64,000 bases of DNA from Octopus sinensis. Lineage: Eukaryota. The first letter of the stretch is position 1; each line of letters opens with the position of its first letter. The position numbers and the translations under genes are program-made. The notes beneath the pieces were generated by a model that was not told the DNA's origin, did no database searches, and was given only the letters and a program-made list of their open reading frames with translations. The stretch is taken from contig NC_043024.1 of the NCBI RefSeq assembly GCF_006345805.1, positions 16,120,001-16,184,000 on the forward strand, given 5' to 3'. Positions 61,827 through 64,000 of this stretch are shown piece by piece.

Positions 61827-64000
61827 TATATATATATATATATGTATGTATGAGTATATATGTGTATACACACACACACACACATATATTAGCAACTAAT
61901 AGGGTATTTAATCTATATTTGTATGGTGTGATGTATTTCCAAATTTTCTAACTTAATTATTTATTCAGTTGATATATACTTTGGGTGATTGAACACTCTG
62001 GTCAATACATCAATGTATCTTGCTTGAAACCAATGGAGATACTGTTACATGTGTGTATGTGTGTATACATGAATGTGTGCACACATATATATGCGTGTGT
62101 GTGTATGTGTGTGTGTGTATGTATGTATGTGTGTGTGTATGTGCATGCATGTTTGTGTTTGTGTGTGTGTCAGTGTCTTTACATCATGTGATAGTTGCAA
62201 ATAACTGTCCTTTGATTCCAATCTTCTGTGAAATCATATCTGGGGGCGTGAGGTATTTTTCCCCTTCCCTGGGAGACAGGTGTGGTTTGACAACAGGATG
62301 AATGTCCAACTGAAGAAAATCTACCTCAATGAAAACCTGTTTTATTCATGCAGTCATGGGAAAGTAAGGCATGAAGTAAGGCATGTGTAAAATTTGAATG
62401 AAATTGGTTGTGTAGTTCTCAAGTTTTAGGGAAACACACAGACAGACAGACACACATTCTCAGTTATATATATATACTAGCTTAAGGTGACCTGCTCTAC
62501 GCGCGGGTAAGAGTGTGGTTGTTATTTTCTGTTGCATCCTTTCGGCACGTAAAAAGCACCATCCGAACGTGGCCAATGGCAGCGCCGCCTTGACTGGCTT
62601 CTGTGCCGGTGGCACGTAAAAAGCACCAACCGATCGTGGCTGCTGCCAATGCCCTTCTCCCCGTGGCACCTGTGCCAGTGGCACGAAAAAAACATCCACT
62701 ACAATCACGGAGTGGTTGGCGTTAGGAAGGGCATCCAGCTGTAGAAACACTGCCAATCAGACTGGAGCCTGGTGCAGCCTCCTGGCTTCCCAGACCCGGC
62801 CAAACCATCCAACCTGTGCTAGCACGGAAAACGGATGTTAAACGATGATGATGATGATGATGATTCTCCCTCTTTGTTTCTCTCTCCTTTCTCTCTCCCT
62901 TTCCCACTCTCTTACTCTTCCTTTCTCTCGGACTCTCCCTCGCTTTCTCTTACTCTCTATCTTTATCTATCTCTCTCCTATTTATAAACAACAAAAGATC
63001 TTGAGTAAGTTGAGAAAGAAAGTAGTTTGAAAGATCAATCATAAATATCAGGCAGTGACAACGGAAAGGTCTGCTTCAAGGCAGAAAGCAAAACGCTAAC
63101 ATTTAATAGGGACAGACGAACTTGCGAGCTGAATAAAAATAAAAAAATATTGGAAACCATAGTTTGAAAGGATAGAATCTGAGGATAGTAGTGTCACCAT
63201 GGCTGGCATTTCTTAACGACGGACAGTAGCATAGTGGCAGTTTAACGGCTGGCGTAAAATTTTGAACTTGATGTAAAAGAAAATTCATAAACACCAAGCT
63301 TTGAAGTGATTCTTTCTCACGACAGTAGACTCACCATGGCAAGCATTCAAAACTTCTTCATCATGGACGGCAACACATTGACGATTTAAAGGCTGGCGCA
63401 AATTTTTTAGCTTCATGTAACAGAGAATTCCTAAACACCCGCTCCTGTAAATTTTAATTCCCCTTCAAGCCCCATTTAGACCTCTTTTCACATTTTGGTT
63501 AATATAACCCGATTTCATTCGGGTCTACTCGGGTCACATTTTATAAGATGAAGAATTTTGTCCTAGAGGTCACGCCTTTCATTTGAGGAAAAAAATAGTT
63601 GCCATGCAAACTCGCCAGCACTTTTAACATAGGTGTGCATATTTTCAGCACAACCAACCACATAATGCACACATTATATATATATATATATATATACGCA
63701 TTATATATATATGTGTGTGTGTGTGTACGCATTATATATACAAATGTATACAAATTATATATATATATATATAAATTAAATTAGAGATAAAACCACTATT
63801 AGGCAAATCAAACAGTGAAAAACATAAACGTAAACATAAAAAGATTAATATAATATACAAAATATATAAAATATAAAATTAAAAAATTTAAATTATCTAT
63901 CAGATTATTGAATAATCCTTCCGTTTAATGTTAATTTGCTTTTCTATATCTTGACATAAAGATAAAGATTAATGTGTGTGTGTGTGTGTGCAGCTGCATG

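Overview
AT-rich, microsatellite- and SINE-dense eukaryotic DNA. The repeat families, TTAGGG motifs and gene content point to a mollusc, most likely Octopus (inference from recognised repeat sequences, not a search). Two host genes are supported: ORMDL (minus strand; coding exons 2692-2865 and 1603-1754, last coding exon not found in the window) and a TMEM69/DUF3429 homologue (plus strand, single coding exon 32085-32936). They are arranged divergently, with a possible shared promoter near 26.4-27 kb. The rest is mostly transposon debris: about 24 copies of one tRNA-derived SINE plus three other SINE families, RTE LINE fragments, Tc1/mariner, hAT, piggyBac-type and Merlin-like elements, and a Gypsy integrase remnant. 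The most notable signal is a Penelope-like retroelement (GIY-YIG) insertion at 56450-60875 whose inverted terminal segments each hold a complete hammerhead ribozyme fold. Several other repeat families carry minimal hammerhead-like motifs with palindromic stem III, covarying stems and variant cores. Many fold-back elements sit inside (TA)n microsatellites, often the internal microsatellite of a SINE. Repeat boundaries are approximate unless TSDs or TIRs are quoted.
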